From Candidatus Omnitrophota bacterium (GTDB lineage: Bacteria > Omnitrophota > Omnitrophia > Omnitrophales > Aquincolibacteriaceae): 64,000 nucleotides of DNA. The stretch lies in NCBI GenBank assembly GCA_035352955.1, contig DAOPYQ010000008.1, positions 9,701 through 73,700 on the forward strand, in the 5' to 3' direction. The translations under genes and the position numbers were made by a program. The notes beneath the pieces are model-generated. The model made no database searches, was not told where the DNA came from, and saw nothing but the letters and a program-made list of their open reading frames with translations. This document shows, in pieces, positions 28,205-38,242 of the stretch (positions are counted from its first letter, which is position 1; every line of letters begins with the position of its first letter).

Positions 28205-29524
28205 CTAAAGGTGGTGAAGAACGAAGTCTTTACCCTTTTTCTGGAGCTCTTTCTTGAGAACGCTGATGAAGGCCTCGACGACCACGGGATCGAACTGAGA
28301 ACCGGCGCAATTCTGTAATTCATCAAAGGCCACTTCGATCGACCGGCCCTCTCGATAGCAACGGGTTGAAACGATCGCATGAAAACTGTCTACCACACTG
28401 ACGATCCGGGCCTCGATCGGAATCTGATCCCCTTTCAACCCGTGGGGATAACCACTCCCGTCGAATCGTTCGTGGTGAGCCAGGATGATCTCCCGGACCT
28501 TCTTAAAATCAGTCAACGGTTCGAGGATCTTGGCGCCCTTTTCAACGTGCGTTTTCATGATCGCCCATTCGTCCGGGTCCAAACGGCCCGGTTTGCACAG
28601 GATCCCGTCCGGGATCCCGATCTTCCCGACGTCATGGAGGATCAGCGCGGCAGAAATAATATCCTTCGCTCGGCCCACGGTATCCATCCCGAGTTCCCGG
28701 GCCGTCATCAACCCCAACCGTTCGACTTCGGAGACATGCCCGAACGTATACGGCTCCTTGGCGTGAACTTCTTCGGCGAGCGAACGCATGATCTCATAAT
28801 AAGTCCGCTGCTCCTTACGCCGCATCCCTTCGATCTCTTCGAGGCGCCGTTCCAGTTCACGATTCTGTTCAAGGAGGCTTTGATTGTATTCCGAGGTCTT
28901 CACCGCCATCGAACAATCGTGGGCCAACGTCTGGAAAAAAGTGACTTCCTGCTTCGCAAAGCACCGGCCGTTGAGGCGACGGCCGAGCATGAGCACCCCG
29001 ACCAGCGTGTCCTTAAAATAACCGGGAACCGCCAACTCAACCTTCAGGTTTTGCATCGCCTTCTGCACCCCGGCAAGCTGTTCAGATTTGGAGTTTGAGG
29101 CCAAACGGAATTCGGCGCGGGAAAGCATTTTTTTAACGTCGGAAAGGAAAAGGTACTCCCGGGAAATAGCCTGTTTTTTCTTGGGATCGGAAAACCACTG
29201 GATCAGGGCATGATCGGGGTCGAACTTAACGAGATTGGCCGGAAGGCGGCCCGTCCCCTTGGAATTGACGAACTCGTAACGCTTCTTTTTGGAATCCAGG
29301 ATCAGGAGAGAGGTGTGCGTCAGACCGAACTGACGGTCAATGAAGCGGGTAATGAGCTTGAGAAGACGGTCGGGCCGCTTGAGACGGACCATGCTGCGAG
29401 CAACATCCCGCAAAACTTCCTGATAATCAAATTTTCCGTTGTTTGTGAAACCGGTACCGGTCGGCATCGCAGACTTGCCCCCTCCGGGGGCGTTCCTTTC
29501 AGGCCTTCGGATCTCGAAAAGCAC
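28205..29524 (-). CDS. GAF-domain HD-GYP phosphodiesterase (c-di-GMP signalling)
   Basis: N-terminal GAF-like domain. HD motif LILHDVGKIG. HHERFDGSGYPHGLKG (HD-GYP signature). GTG start. Confidence 0.85.
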   Translation of the reverse strand: MLFEIRRPERNAPGGGKSAMPTGTGFTNNGKFDYQEVLRDVARSMVRLKRPDRLLKLITRFIDRQFGLTHTSLLILDSKKKRYEFVNSKGTGRLPANLVKFDPDHALIQWFSDPKKKQAISREYLFLSDVKKMLSRAEFRLASNSKSEQLAGVQKAMQNLKVELAVPGYFKDTLVGVLMLGRRLNGRCFAKQEVTFFQTLAHDCSMAVKTSEYNQSLLEQNRELERRLEEIEGMRRKEQRTYYEIMRSLAEEVHAKEPYTFGHVSEVERLGLMTARELGMDTVGRAKDIISAALILHDVGKIGIPDGILCKPGRLDPDEWAIMKTHVEKGAKILEPLTDFKKVREIILAHHERFDGSGYPHGLKGDQIPIEARIVSVVDSFHAIVSTRCYREGRSIEVAFDELQNCAGSQFDPVVVEAFISVLKKELQKKGKDFVLHHL

Positions 29525-29526
29525 CC

Positions 29527-29901
29527 TCAGGCGATCTTAGCAAGAAGATCGATCTTATCCTGCACGTCCTTTTCGAGATATTCCAAGCTCAGGGGTTTGG
29601 TGATGTAATTGTCAGCCCCGAGACGCATGGCTTCTTCGATCTTGTCCTGCGTCTCAACCGCCGTCACCATAATGACCTTCACCTTCGGGTAGCTTTCCCG
29701 GATCTTCTTGAGTGCGCCCAACCCGTCAAGTCCGGGCATCTGAATATCCAAAAGCACCACGTGCGGCTGAAAAACCGCTACCTGCCGGAGGGCGTCCTCT
29801 CCCGAAACGGCAGTCGCCACCTTAAAATCACGGTCTTCAAAGAAAGACTTGAGGAACTCACAGATCTCCACTTCATCATCCACGATCAGCAATTTCTTCA
29901 T
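29527..29901 (-). CDS. Stand-alone response-regulator receiver (CheY-like)
   Basis: LLIVDDE...LLDIQMPGLDG...VIMVTA...KP. 124 aa, no output domain. AAGGAGAA SD. Confidence 0.9.
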   Translation of the reverse strand: MKKLLIVDDEVEICEFLKSFFEDRDFKVATAVSGEDALRQVAVFQPHVVLLDIQMPGLDGLGALKKIRESYPKVKVIMVTAVETQDKIEEAMRLGADNYITKPLSLEYLEKDVQDKIDLLAKIA

Positions 29902-29943
29902 CCTTGTGTTCTCCTTATGTCCTTGTTTTAAAAATCCGGATCT

Positions 29944-31461
29944 TCAAACCTTCTGGGCGGTCACCTCAACCGTACCGCTATTTTTGATCTCCGCCGCCGG
30001 AGGAATCTCCGTCTGGCGGGGCAACTGTATGATAAAAAGACTGCCTTCGCCAGGCTGGCTCTCCACCCGGATCGCACCACCGTAACGGTGTACGATCTGT
30101 TTTGTTACAAAAAGCCCTAGTCCCACGGCCTCATGCCGCGTTGTAAAAAACGGGTTAAAAACTTTGTCGACATGCTCCGGCGGAATCCCCCGCCCCGTGT
30201 CCGAACAAAAGATCTCGATCAGATCATCCTCACGGCGGTATTTCAGTTCCACCGTGATCCGGCCTTCTTTGCCGACGGCCTCAACCGCATTCAACAGCAG
30301 ATTGAGAAAAACCTCGCGGACCTCCTGCACGTTCGAATAAAAACGCGGCAGTTCCGGATCCAGATTCCTCGTGATCTCGATCTGGTCGAGGGTCGCCTGA
30401 TACGCTAGAAGCGCCAGCGTCTCGTCCAGCACCTTTTCGAGCGAAACCCAGTCCCGCGGGCCACGCGAGCCCTGCGAATACAAAAGAAGTTTCCTTGTAA
30501 TATCGGCCGCGCGTCGCGTTTGCTTCACTATCGTGTTAAGCGATTCTTGAACGTTAGGCTCCAGTTGCTTAGGACCCTTCTGCATGAGAAGGACCTGTGC
30601 CTTGCCGGAAATGATCGCGAGCGGGTTATGGATCTCGTGTGCGATGCCGGCCGCAAGTTGCTCGATGGCGTTCAGTTTGGTCTTCTGGATCCACTGGGAT
30701 TGGGAATCCTGAAGCTCGAAATTGAGCTGTCTGAGCCTCTTGACGATAAGCGCGTTGTGGATGCTCTGGGCGATCGTACCCGAAAATTCCCGGAAAAACT
30801 GAAAATCCGATTGGTCAAAAACAGTGTCGGGATAAAGTGAGCCGAAAGCGATGAGCCCCACCGGTTCCCCCTTCACGAAAAGCGGGATGACCCAGCCCGC
30901 CTGGAGAACATCGAAATCACGGGAAAGCGTGTTGGCTTCCTGCCAGGACAGGCTCTGCAGGAGCAGCCCCCGGACCAGCACATGCGGCCCGGTCTGGTGG
31001 ATCAACTTGAGAAGCGGCGAATCGACCGCAAGCCGGATCTTTTTCGAAGCCGAGATCGCCCACCCGTAGGCCGATGCCACTTCAAAATTGTTCTGAAGCG
31101 GATCCGGGACAAGGAGCGCCACGCTCTTGAGATGCAGCACCTCGCCGAACGTGTTCACCACCAGGTTTGACAGCTCCTGGAGGTCCAGGTTCACGGTCAG
31201 TTCCTGCGCCAAATCCATCAGCGTCATCTGGGCAAAGGTCTTTTTATGAAAAAGATATTTCTCGAGGAACCATTTAACGGAACGTTCGATCGGCTTGAAC
31301 GCCGCAAGAAAGATCCCGGTCATGATGAAGATCGGAAGGAGCGGGTGGTGCGCCAAGGAAAAAGGCAGAAGGAACGGAAAAAGATACGCGGCAAGACCGC
31401 CCAGGAAGAAAAGAATCAGTCCCACCAGGACCTTTTTCAGGACTTTTTTCGGAGCTCTCAC
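29944..31461 (-). CDS. Membrane sensor histidine kinase with GAF-like sensor domain
   Basis: Two N-terminal TM helices. GAF-like region. H-box IAHEIHNPLAIISG. HATPase boxes (NLLLNAVEA, DTGRGI, GLGLFV). The track start is GTG at 31461 with no obvious SD, so the start is uncertain. Confidence 0.85.
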   Translation of the reverse strand: MRAPKKVLKKVLVGLILFFLGGLAAYLFPFLLPFSLAHHPLLPIFIMTGIFLAAFKPIERSVKWFLEKYLFHKKTFAQMTLMDLAQELTVNLDLQELSNLVVNTFGEVLHLKSVALLVPDPLQNNFEVASAYGWAISASKKIRLAVDSPLLKLIHQTGPHVLVRGLLLQSLSWQEANTLSRDFDVLQAGWVIPLFVKGEPVGLIAFGSLYPDTVFDQSDFQFFREFSGTIAQSIHNALIVKRLRQLNFELQDSQSQWIQKTKLNAIEQLAAGIAHEIHNPLAIISGKAQVLLMQKGPKQLEPNVQESLNTIVKQTRRAADITRKLLLYSQGSRGPRDWVSLEKVLDETLALLAYQATLDQIEITRNLDPELPRFYSNVQEVREVFLNLLLNAVEAVGKEGRITVELKYRREDDLIEIFCSDTGRGIPPEHVDKVFNPFFTTRHEAVGLGLFVTKQIVHRYGGAIRVESQPGEGSLFIIQLPRQTEIPPAAEIKNSGTVEVTAQKV

Positions 31462-31505
31462 GTGAAAAAGCGAAGCCTTTTCAGAAATAGAGCACTTCCT
31501 TTTGT

Positions 31506-34358
31506 TTATTTTTGGACTGTCCGGACGGCCTCAACACATTTGGGGCAAAGGACCGCGTGCTCCGGATCTCGGCCGACAGCAGAAGAATAATTCCAGCAGC
31601 GGGGGCATTTCGTACCGTCCGCCTTCACTACAAGAATATTGAGCCTCAGTTTTGTCTGGAGGACTGCGGAAACACTTTCTGTGGCCTCCATACCCGGCAA
31701 GGCTTTCGCCTCAAGACAGACCTGAGACACGACCATGACCCGAGCAAGTTCCTTTTCATATCTATGTAATATTTCGGCCGATTTTCCGTCTTCTGCATAT
31801 AGAAAAACCTTCGCCTCAAGCCCCGCGCCGATCACTTTCGCCTCGCGTTGCTTTTCCAAAAACGGCGTCACCAGATCACGGATCTCACGGAGGTGTTCCC
31901 ACTCCCCAAATTCGTCCCCCGGCTTCACGTCCCCGAGTACCGGCCAGCCGCTCGCGTGAACGGACGCCACGCCTTCTTCGAGCGGATAGGCCTTCCAGAC
32001 CTCATCCGACGTAAAAGGCATGATGGGCGCTACGATCCTGACCAGGCTGGACAAAATGTCAAAAAGTACGGTCTGGGCGGAGCGGCGAATCCACGAATCC
32101 GGCGCCGCGGTATAAAGGGTGTCTTTGAGCGCATCGAGATAATAAGCGCTCAGATCCACCACGCAAAAATTGTAGACCTCGCGGTAGATCTGGTGGAATT
32201 CGAACCTGTCATAAAGGTCCGTCACGGTCTGCACGAGCTTTGCAGTCTTCACCATCGCCCAGCGATCAAGCGGATGCTGTTTCGCATACGGCACCCGGTG
32301 CTTCCGGACGTCGAAATCGTAGAGGTTCGAAAGCAAATACCGGAACGTATTCCGGATCTTCCGGTAAGTATCCACCAGCTGCTTCAGGATCTCGTTGGAG
32401 AGCCGGACATCGAACTGGTAATCACAGGAGGTCACCCACAACCGGAGCACATCGGCACCGAATTCTTTCATCACATCCTGGGGCGTCACAACATTGCCCG
32501 CGGATTTCGACATCTTCTTCCCCTGCCCGTCCATCACGAACCCGTGCGTCAGCACACTTCTAAAAGAGCTCTTGTTCTCCAGCGCGACTGCCGTCGTAAG
32601 AGCGCTCTGGAACCACCCGCGATGCTGGTCCGAACCTTCCAGATAAAGATCCGCCGGGAACTGAAGTCCCGGATATTGACGCAGAACCGCTTGGTGACTC
32701 ACGCCGGAGTCAAACCACACGTCAATGATATCGGTCTCTTTCTCGAATTCACTTTTATGGCACTTCGGGCACTTCGTTCCCTCCGGCAGAAAATCTTCCG
32801 CCGCATGGGCGAACCACGCGTCCGCGCTTTCTTTTCTAAAAAGTCCGAGAATCTTCTCCTTGGACTCTTTGACAAAGTGTACCCCCGTACAATGTTTGCA
32901 GCGAATGATCGGTATCGGAACGCCCCAATAACGCTGCCTCGAGAGACACCATTCCGGCCGCGTTTCGACCATGGCCCCGATGCGGTTCTTCCCCCAATCG
33001 GGAATGAACCGAATGTCTTTCTGGATCGCTCCCTGCATCCGCGCGCGGAGATCCTTGTGGTCGATCTTCATGAACCACTGCGTCGTCGCGCGGAAAAGAA
33101 TCGGCTTCTTGCAACGCCAGCAATGCGGGTAAGAATGCGAATGATCGGCCTCGTGCAGAAGAAGCTTTTTTTCTTTCAGGAGTTCCGTGATCTTCGGGTT
33201 CGCCTTAAAAACATGTTCGCCGTGACAAAAATGGAATTCTTCGGTGAACCGTCCGCGAGAGTCCACGGGCGAAAGAATCGGAAGCCCGTTATCGAGATGC
33301 CCGAACTTGTAGTCCTCTTCCCCGTGCCCCGGCGCGATATGAACGATCCCGGTGCCGTCTTCGCTGGAAACATAATCCGCAAGGATCGCGCGGCCTTTGC
33401 GCGCAAGAAAAGGATGATCGTATTCGACCCCTTCAAATTGCTTTCCCGGCAGGCTGAGAAGACTCTCGGCAAGCGGATTTTTTAGCTTCAGGGAGTGAAG
33501 GAACGGCACCCGTGCATCCGCGAGACACCAGATCTCGTCTCCGAGATCCAAAAAAGAGTACGAAAGCTCGGGATGAAGCGCCACCCCAACATTCGCCGGA
33601 AGCGTCCAGGGCGTTGTCGTCCAGACAAGAAAATAAACCGGTTTGCTGCCGAACCGGGCCAACTCGGTCGGGCCGATCTTCTGCCGCAAAGCCTCCTGCG
33701 CGACCAGAAATTTCACATAGACGGATTTTGAGATCTTGTCCTCATATTCGAGTTCGGCGTCGGCAAGCGCGGTCTCGCAATCAAAGCACCAGGGAACCGG
33801 CTTCAACCGCTGCTCGATGTAACCGTCTTCATACAATTTCAGAAACGATTCTGCGATCGAGGATTGATATTCGTAGTTCATGGTGAGATACGGGTTCGAC
33901 CATTCCCCGAAGATCCCGAGTCGCTTAAATTCCTCGCGTTGGATCGCGACGAATTTTTCCGCGTATTTGCGCGCCTGCTTGCGGAACTCGACACGGTCAA
34001 CCTCTTCCTTGCGCTTCCCCATCTCCTTCAGACACTGATGCTCGATCGGGAGCCCGTGGCAGTCCCAGCCCGGCACATAAAGCGCGTCATGACCGCGCAT
34101 ACCTTGATATTTGACGATAAGATCCTTCAAGACCTTATTGAGGGCGTGACCGATGTGGATGTGACCGTTCGCGTAAGGCGGCCCGTCATGGAGAATATAT
34201 TTCGGCTTGCCCGCGGACCGCCGGCGGATCTCCGAATAAATCCCGTGTTCTTCCCAAGCTTTAAGCATCTCCGGCTCGCGCTGGACAAGGTTCGCCTTCA
34301 TGGGAAAAGGCGTTTGCGGAAGATTTAAAGTGTCTTTGTAATTCTTAGCTTCGCTCAT
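31506..34358 (-). CDS. ileS: Isoleucyl-tRNA synthetase IleS (type 1, C-terminal zinc finger)
   Basis: HIGH motif ([14 protein letters not shown]). KMSKS. Editing domain. C-terminal CPRCWNYS...CPKC. 950 aa. Confidence 0.97.
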   Translation of the reverse strand: MSEAKNYKDTLNLPQTPFPMKANLVQREPEMLKAWEEHGIYSEIRRRSAGKPKYILHDGPPYANGHIHIGHALNKVLKDLIVKYQGMRGHDALYVPGWDCHGLPIEHQCLKEMGKRKEEVDRVEFRKQARKYAEKFVAIQREEFKRLGIFGEWSNPYLTMNYEYQSSIAESFLKLYEDGYIEQRLKPVPWCFDCETALADAELEYEDKISKSVYVKFLVAQEALRQKIGPTELARFGSKPVYFLVWTTTPWTLPANVGVALHPELSYSFLDLGDEIWCLADARVPFLHSLKLKNPLAESLLSLPGKQFEGVEYDHPFLARKGRAILADYVSSEDGTGIVHIAPGHGEEDYKFGHLDNGLPILSPVDSRGRFTEEFHFCHGEHVFKANPKITELLKEKKLLLHEADHSHSYPHCWRCKKPILFRATTQWFMKIDHKDLRARMQGAIQKDIRFIPDWGKNRIGAMVETRPEWCLSRQRYWGVPIPIIRCKHCTGVHFVKESKEKILGLFRKESADAWFAHAAEDFLPEGTKCPKCHKSEFEKETDIIDVWFDSGVSHQAVLRQYPGLQFPADLYLEGSDQHRGWFQSALTTAVALENKSSFRSVLTHGFVMDGQGKKMSKSAGNVVTPQDVMKEFGADVLRLWVTSCDYQFDVRLSNEILKQLVDTYRKIRNTFRYLLSNLYDFDVRKHRVPYAKQHPLDRWAMVKTAKLVQTVTDLYDRFEFHQIYREVYNFCVVDLSAYYLDALKDTLYTAAPDSWIRRSAQTVLFDILSSLVRIVAPIMPFTSDEVWKAYPLEEGVASVHASGWPVLGDVKPGDEFGEWEHLREIRDLVTPFLEKQREAKVIGAGLEAKVFLYAEDGKSAEILHRYEKELARVMVVSQVCLEAKALPGMEATESVSAVLQTKLRLNILVVKADGTKCPRCWNYSSAVGRDPEHAVLCPKCVEAVRTVQK

Positions 34359-34376
34359 AATTCAGTCATGGGTGAT

Positions 34377-34417
34377 GAATCACGGGCAACAAGATCGTTT
34401 CACGCTGCCCGTCATTC
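34377..34417 (-). promoter_or_regulatory. Imperfect 12 bp-stem hairpin in the ileS 5' leader / downstream of the PNP stop
   Basis: GAATCACGGGCA...(17 nt)...TGCCCGTCATTC, 11/12 complementary. It lies 19 nt upstream of the ileS ATG and 10 nt after the PNP stop. No U-tract follows. Confidence 0.3.
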
Positions 34418-34427
34418 GTTAGTTTGG

Positions 34428-35276
34428 TTAAAATTTCGCGATCGCCGCCGTAATCAGCTTGTCCAGTTTCGGCCCGGCTTCATTCGCCGTCTTGATGATC
34501 TCCTGGATATTGCACGGCTCGAGATGATCGGGGTCACAAAGGTCGGTCACAATACTGAAACCCAGGATTTCCATGCCCATGTGGACGCCCACGATCACTT
34601 CCGGCACGGTCGACATCCCGACAAGGTCCGCGCCCAAATGCCGCATCATCCGGTATTCCGCCCTGGTTTCGAGGCACGGGCCGGTCACTCCGATATAAAC
34701 CCCCTGATTCACCGGCACCTTGACCTCCCGCGAAGCCTGAACGGTCAGATCGATAAGCCGCTTCGAATAGGGCTCGTACATATCCGGGAACCGCGGGCCG
34801 AACTTGCTCTCATTCGGACCCACCAGCGGATTGACGCCCATAAAATTGATCTGATCGGCGATCAGAACAATCTCGCCTTTTTTATAGCCGAGGTTCACCC
34901 CCCCCGCCGCGTTCGAAACGATCAGGATCTTCGCTCCAAGCTGGCGCAGCACGCGCACGCCGAATGTCACTTCGTCAAGCGAATAGCCTTCATAGAAATG
35001 GAATCGTCCCTCCATCGCCGCGATCTTCTTTCCCGAAAGTTCTCCCAGCACAAGCTGTCCCTTGTGGGATTCTACGGTCGATTCCGGAAAATGCGGGAGC
35101 TTGTCGTAGGTCAGAACCGTTTCGGCTTTGATCCGCTTGGCGAGATTCCCGAGCCCGGTCCCGAGCACCAGCGCGATCTCGGGAACGAAATCCGTTTTCT
35201 TGCGGATCCCGGCAACACACGCATCGACCTTTTTCAAAAGAGTGCCCGAAGGTTTCTGGGTACGTTTCATAGGCAT
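34428..35276 (-). CDS. Purine nucleoside phosphorylase (PNP/MTAP family I)
   Basis: LVLGTGLG...GHMGMEILGFSIVTD...VGMSTVPEV match trimeric PNP family motifs. 282 aa. Confidence 0.85.
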   Translation of the reverse strand: MPMKRTQKPSGTLLKKVDACVAGIRKKTDFVPEIALVLGTGLGNLAKRIKAETVLTYDKLPHFPESTVESHKGQLVLGELSGKKIAAMEGRFHFYEGYSLDEVTFGVRVLRQLGAKILIVSNAAGGVNLGYKKGEIVLIADQINFMGVNPLVGPNESKFGPRFPDMYEPYSKRLIDLTVQASREVKVPVNQGVYIGVTGPCLETRAEYRMMRHLGADLVGMSTVPEVIVGVHMGMEILGFSIVTDLCDPDHLEPCNIQEIIKTANEAGPKLDKLITAAIAKF

Positions 35277-35280
35277 CGGA

Positions 35281-35583
35281 TCATCCCCCGCTAAATTGGA
35301 AAGCCATTTTTAAAAGAACCGTCACAAGGACCCGGTTCGTCACATAAAGAATAAAAAACGCCAAAAGCGGCGAGAGATCCATCATCCCGAAACGCAGCGG
35401 CAGGCGCTTGAGCGGGTCCAGGATCGGATCCGTCACCTGCTGAAGGAACCGGACGGGCGCGGAAAACGGATCGACCGGAAACCAGCTCACGATGATCCTG
35501 GCAAAAAGCAACCAGTAAAGGATCTTGCAGATGCTGTCCACCATCAGCGCGGCCCCCTGAAAAATGATCCCGAACACGAACAT
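35281..35583 (-). CDS. yggT: YggT-family membrane protein
   Basis: ARIIVSWFP...DPILDPLKRLP. Two TM helices. 100 aa. Confidence 0.75.
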   Translation of the reverse strand: MFVFGIIFQGAALMVDSICKILYWLLFARIIVSWFPVDPFSAPVRFLQQVTDPILDPLKRLPLRFGMMDLSPLLAFFILYVTNRVLVTVLLKMAFQFSGG

Positions 35584-35591
35584 GAAAACTC

Positions 35592-35645
35592 CTTGCGCTC
35601 AACGCGTAAAGCACAACGTAAAAGCTTTCCCGTTGCACGTTACCT
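35592..35645. repeat. GC-rich element copy E (REP-like), between proC stop and yggT start
   Basis: TTGCGCTCAACGCGTAAAGCACAACG...CCGTTGCACGTTA shares the GCTCAACGCG core with copies A and C and has an imperfect inverted arm. Confidence 0.35.
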
Positions 35646-35728
35646 TGAGCCTCATTAGTGCTTATTGGAAATCAGGGCTCTCCTGACTATCCGATCAATA
35701 TTTAAAGCGGTCAGGATGACCGTTGCGC

Positions 35729-36541
35729 TTATTTTTTCCTCAATTGCCGGCTGCGGACCATTGCAGCGGCAAGCGCCCGGTGAAAGATCCTGCCGAATTT
35801 TTTCTGTTTCAGCACTTTGAGCGCGGCATCGGTCGTCCCCTTTTTCGAAGTGACTTTTTCCCGAAGCTCCGCGCACGAATGCTCCGATCCTTTGGCCAGA
35901 AGCGCCGCGCCAAGACCGGTCTGAACCGCAAGCGTCGCCGCCACATTCGCCGGCAGGCCCTGCATCACACCGAAATCCGCCATCAGTTCCATCAAGTGAA
36001 AGAAATAGGCCGGCCCGCTGCCGCTCACCGCGGTCACGAGATCAAAAGACTTTTCGGGAAGCCGGACAACCGCCCCGCACCCTGAGAAAAGATTCTCCGC
36101 GAAAGCGATCCATTTTTTATTCTTCCCGCAAACCGCCGTCATGGATTCGCCGACCTTTGCGCCAAGATTCGGCATCGCGCGGACCACTTCAGCCTTTCCG
36201 CCGAAAGCTTCCCGGATCCTTTCCGTCGTCAGCCCGGCCAGGATCGAGATCACGCAGTGGCCCGGTCTGAAGAAATATTTATGCTCTGCGGCGAACGGCG
36301 CGAAATCCTGCGGCTTCTGGGCAAGCATCACCACATCGGACTTATCCAGAAGTTCCACCGCCGAGGCCGCGCAATGGACGCGGGTCTTGCGGGCAAAACC
36401 TCTTGCTTTGGCTACGATCTTGTCATAAACCCATATTTGAGAAGGACTTGCGATCCCTTTGCGGAGGACCCCCTCAAGGATCGAAGTTCCCATGTTCCCG
36501 ACCCCGATCAAGCCTATCTTCCATTTACCGAGTCTCTTCAT
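35729..36541 (-). CDS. proC: Pyrroline-5-carboxylate reductase ProC
   Basis: IGLIGVGNMG Rossmann. MPNLGAKVGESMT. SGSGPAYFF. 270 aa. ATGA overlap with the yggS stop. Confidence 0.9.
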   Translation of the reverse strand: MKRLGKWKIGLIGVGNMGTSILEGVLRKGIASPSQIWVYDKIVAKARGFARKTRVHCAASAVELLDKSDVVMLAQKPQDFAPFAAEHKYFFRPGHCVISILAGLTTERIREAFGGKAEVVRAMPNLGAKVGESMTAVCGKNKKWIAFAENLFSGCGAVVRLPEKSFDLVTAVSGSGPAYFFHLMELMADFGVMQGLPANVAATLAVQTGLGAALLAKGSEHSCAELREKVTSKKGTTDAALKVLKQKKFGRIFHRALAAAMVRSRQLRKK

Positions 36542-37212
36542 ACCCTACTCTCCCTAGGAAATATCAAAGAGCCAATTCTAAGCAAATTTGCGCCTTCTTC
36601 AATGGCAATCTTATAGTCCACGGACATTCCCATGGAAAGGACATCCCAGTCATAACCCGGAAATTTCTTCTTGAGATCTTCAAGAAGCGCTTTCGTCTTC
36701 CGGAAACATTCCCGGATCTTCGCCGTATCGTCGGTCAGCGGACCGATGACCATCAACCCCCGGACCCGGATCGCCGGCCGGGACGGAAGACCGCGGACAA
36801 AATCCTCGACCGCGGAGGGATTGAACCCGAATTTGCTCTCCTCGCCCGACATGTTCACCTGCACGAGGCACGGGATTTCCGTGATCCCTTTGTTTTTGGC
36901 ACATTTCTCAATCGCGTCCGCGAGTTCCGCACGATCAAGCGAATGGATCAGCGCCACTTGCCCGACCACATACTTGACCTTATTGGTCTGAAGATGCCCG
37001 ATCAAATGCCAACGGACGTCTCCGGGGAGCGCGTCTTTTTTCTCCTGCCACTCCTGCACACGGTTCTCTCCGAAATCCCGTTCTCCCACAGCATACGCTT
37101 CAAAGATCCGTTCCGGCGAAACCGTTTTGGTGACAAGCACCAACCCGACATCACGGCCGGCAATTTCACGGATCGAACATTTCAGATGTTGAATGCGGGA
37201 TGCGATGGTCAT
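36538..37212 (-). CDS. yggS: YggS-family PLP-homeostasis protein
   Basis: VTKTVSPERI...HLIGHLQTNKVK...MGMSVDYKIAIEEGANLLRIGS. ATG at 37212, 5 nt after the upstream stop. The track start at 37293 adds an extension overlapping the upstream gene. Confidence 0.85.
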   Translation of the reverse strand: MTIASRIQHLKCSIREIAGRDVGLVLVTKTVSPERIFEAYAVGERDFGENRVQEWQEKKDALPGDVRWHLIGHLQTNKVKYVVGQVALIHSLDRAELADAIEKCAKNKGITEIPCLVQVNMSGEESKFGFNPSAVEDFVRGLPSRPAIRVRGLMVIGPLTDDTAKIRECFRKTKALLEDLKKKFPGYDWDVLSMGMSVDYKIAIEEGANLLRIGSLIFPRESRV

Positions 37213-37219
37213 GAAAATC

Positions 37220-38242
37220 TCAGGGGATCGGCTGAGAGGGTGCCGAGGACAACGTATCCGGTTTATTAACTTTCGCCCCACGGCCCTCGACATCCTTTTC
37301 GACAGCCTTTAAGAGATCGAGGAACTGGATCACCTTCATCCGGTCGATCAAAAAAGCAGGCTTCTCTCCTTCGCGGAGACCGTAATAAGCGTTCTGCTCG
37401 GACACTTCATTACCGAAGTGAAAGAACTCAGTCTTGCCAAGGTCCGGTTCGATCCAGATCCGGTCGTGGATAATAAAAAAACCGAGCTCGGCCTGGGATC
37501 GTTTTTCCCCGTCGAGGAATTCCTTAATATAAAAATTTTGAAGCGCCACGAGAACCTTTCCCATGGATTCCGCCGGCATCTTCTGCCCGAGCTTTGCGAT
37601 CGGCTCCATCCAATACCACTCCCCCCCGGTATCTTTTTTCCACTGCCAGGTATTCGGCCCCATTTCAACCGAGACTTTATGGATCGTTTCCGGAGGAGCA
37701 CGGAACACCCGTTTTTCCCTCAGTAAATAAGCACTTGGCCGAAGCGCCGAACCCATCTCCCCTTGCAACAAGAAATAACCCCGTTCCGAATCCCACCGCG
37801 CATACACGCCGTTGCCGATCGGGGTCTTTGCACCGAGCTTGAGTGTTTCCGCTTTTTTCCCGGGCATCTCGACGACCATTTCGAGCCCCGGCTTCGCAAG
37901 ACCGTATTCGTCCCACTCTTTCGCGGCCCGCAAGCGCGGCCGTTCGGAAGCCATCCTCAACGCCATCACAAGCCCTCCGACGATCCTTCCATCAGCCGGA
38001 TAACGGACCGGCGCGGTAAGCATCCAGCGGTCCCCTTCCTTTTCAAGAACCGTTTCCGTCTTTGCGGTATGGTCCAGGATCCTGAGACGTAATGGAACGT
38101 CGGTCTTTGCAAGTACAAAATTCCGGTTCACTTCATCGGGAGAAATCGTCAGGGCCTGTTTCTCAAGGCGGGTTTGAAAAAAATAAATCGCCATGACCGC
38201 GGCGAACAAAAGACAGAAAACGAACGTACGCCGGAGCCTCAT
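37220..38242 (-). CDS. DUF4340-type protein (accessory partner of GldG-type ABC systems)
   Basis: N-terminal signal/anchor helix, 340 aa periplasmic-type domain. Gene order ATPase-permease-GldG-this gene is the conserved arrangement I recall for DUF4340. ATGA overlap with gldG. Confidence 0.55.
   Translation of the reverse strand: MRLRRTFVFCLLFAAVMAIYFFQTRLEKQALTISPDEVNRNFVLAKTDVPLRLRILDHTAKTETVLEKEGDRWMLTAPVRYPADGRIVGGLVMALRMASERPRLRAAKEWDEYGLAKPGLEMVVEMPGKKAETLKLGAKTPIGNGVYARWDSERGYFLLQGEMGSALRPSAYLLREKRVFRAPPETIHKVSVEMGPNTWQWKKDTGGEWYWMEPIAKLGQKMPAESMGKVLVALQNFYIKEFLDGEKRSQAELGFFIIHDRIWIEPDLGKTEFFHFGNEVSEQNAYYGLREGEKPAFLIDRMKVIQFLDLLKAVEKDVEGRGAKVNKPDTLSSAPSQPIP

Noticed and set aside
31848-33485. 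Plus-strand 545 aa ORF inside ileS
   Set aside because: It is antisense to IleS, whose HIGH, KMSKS and zinc-finger motifs are all in the minus frame.
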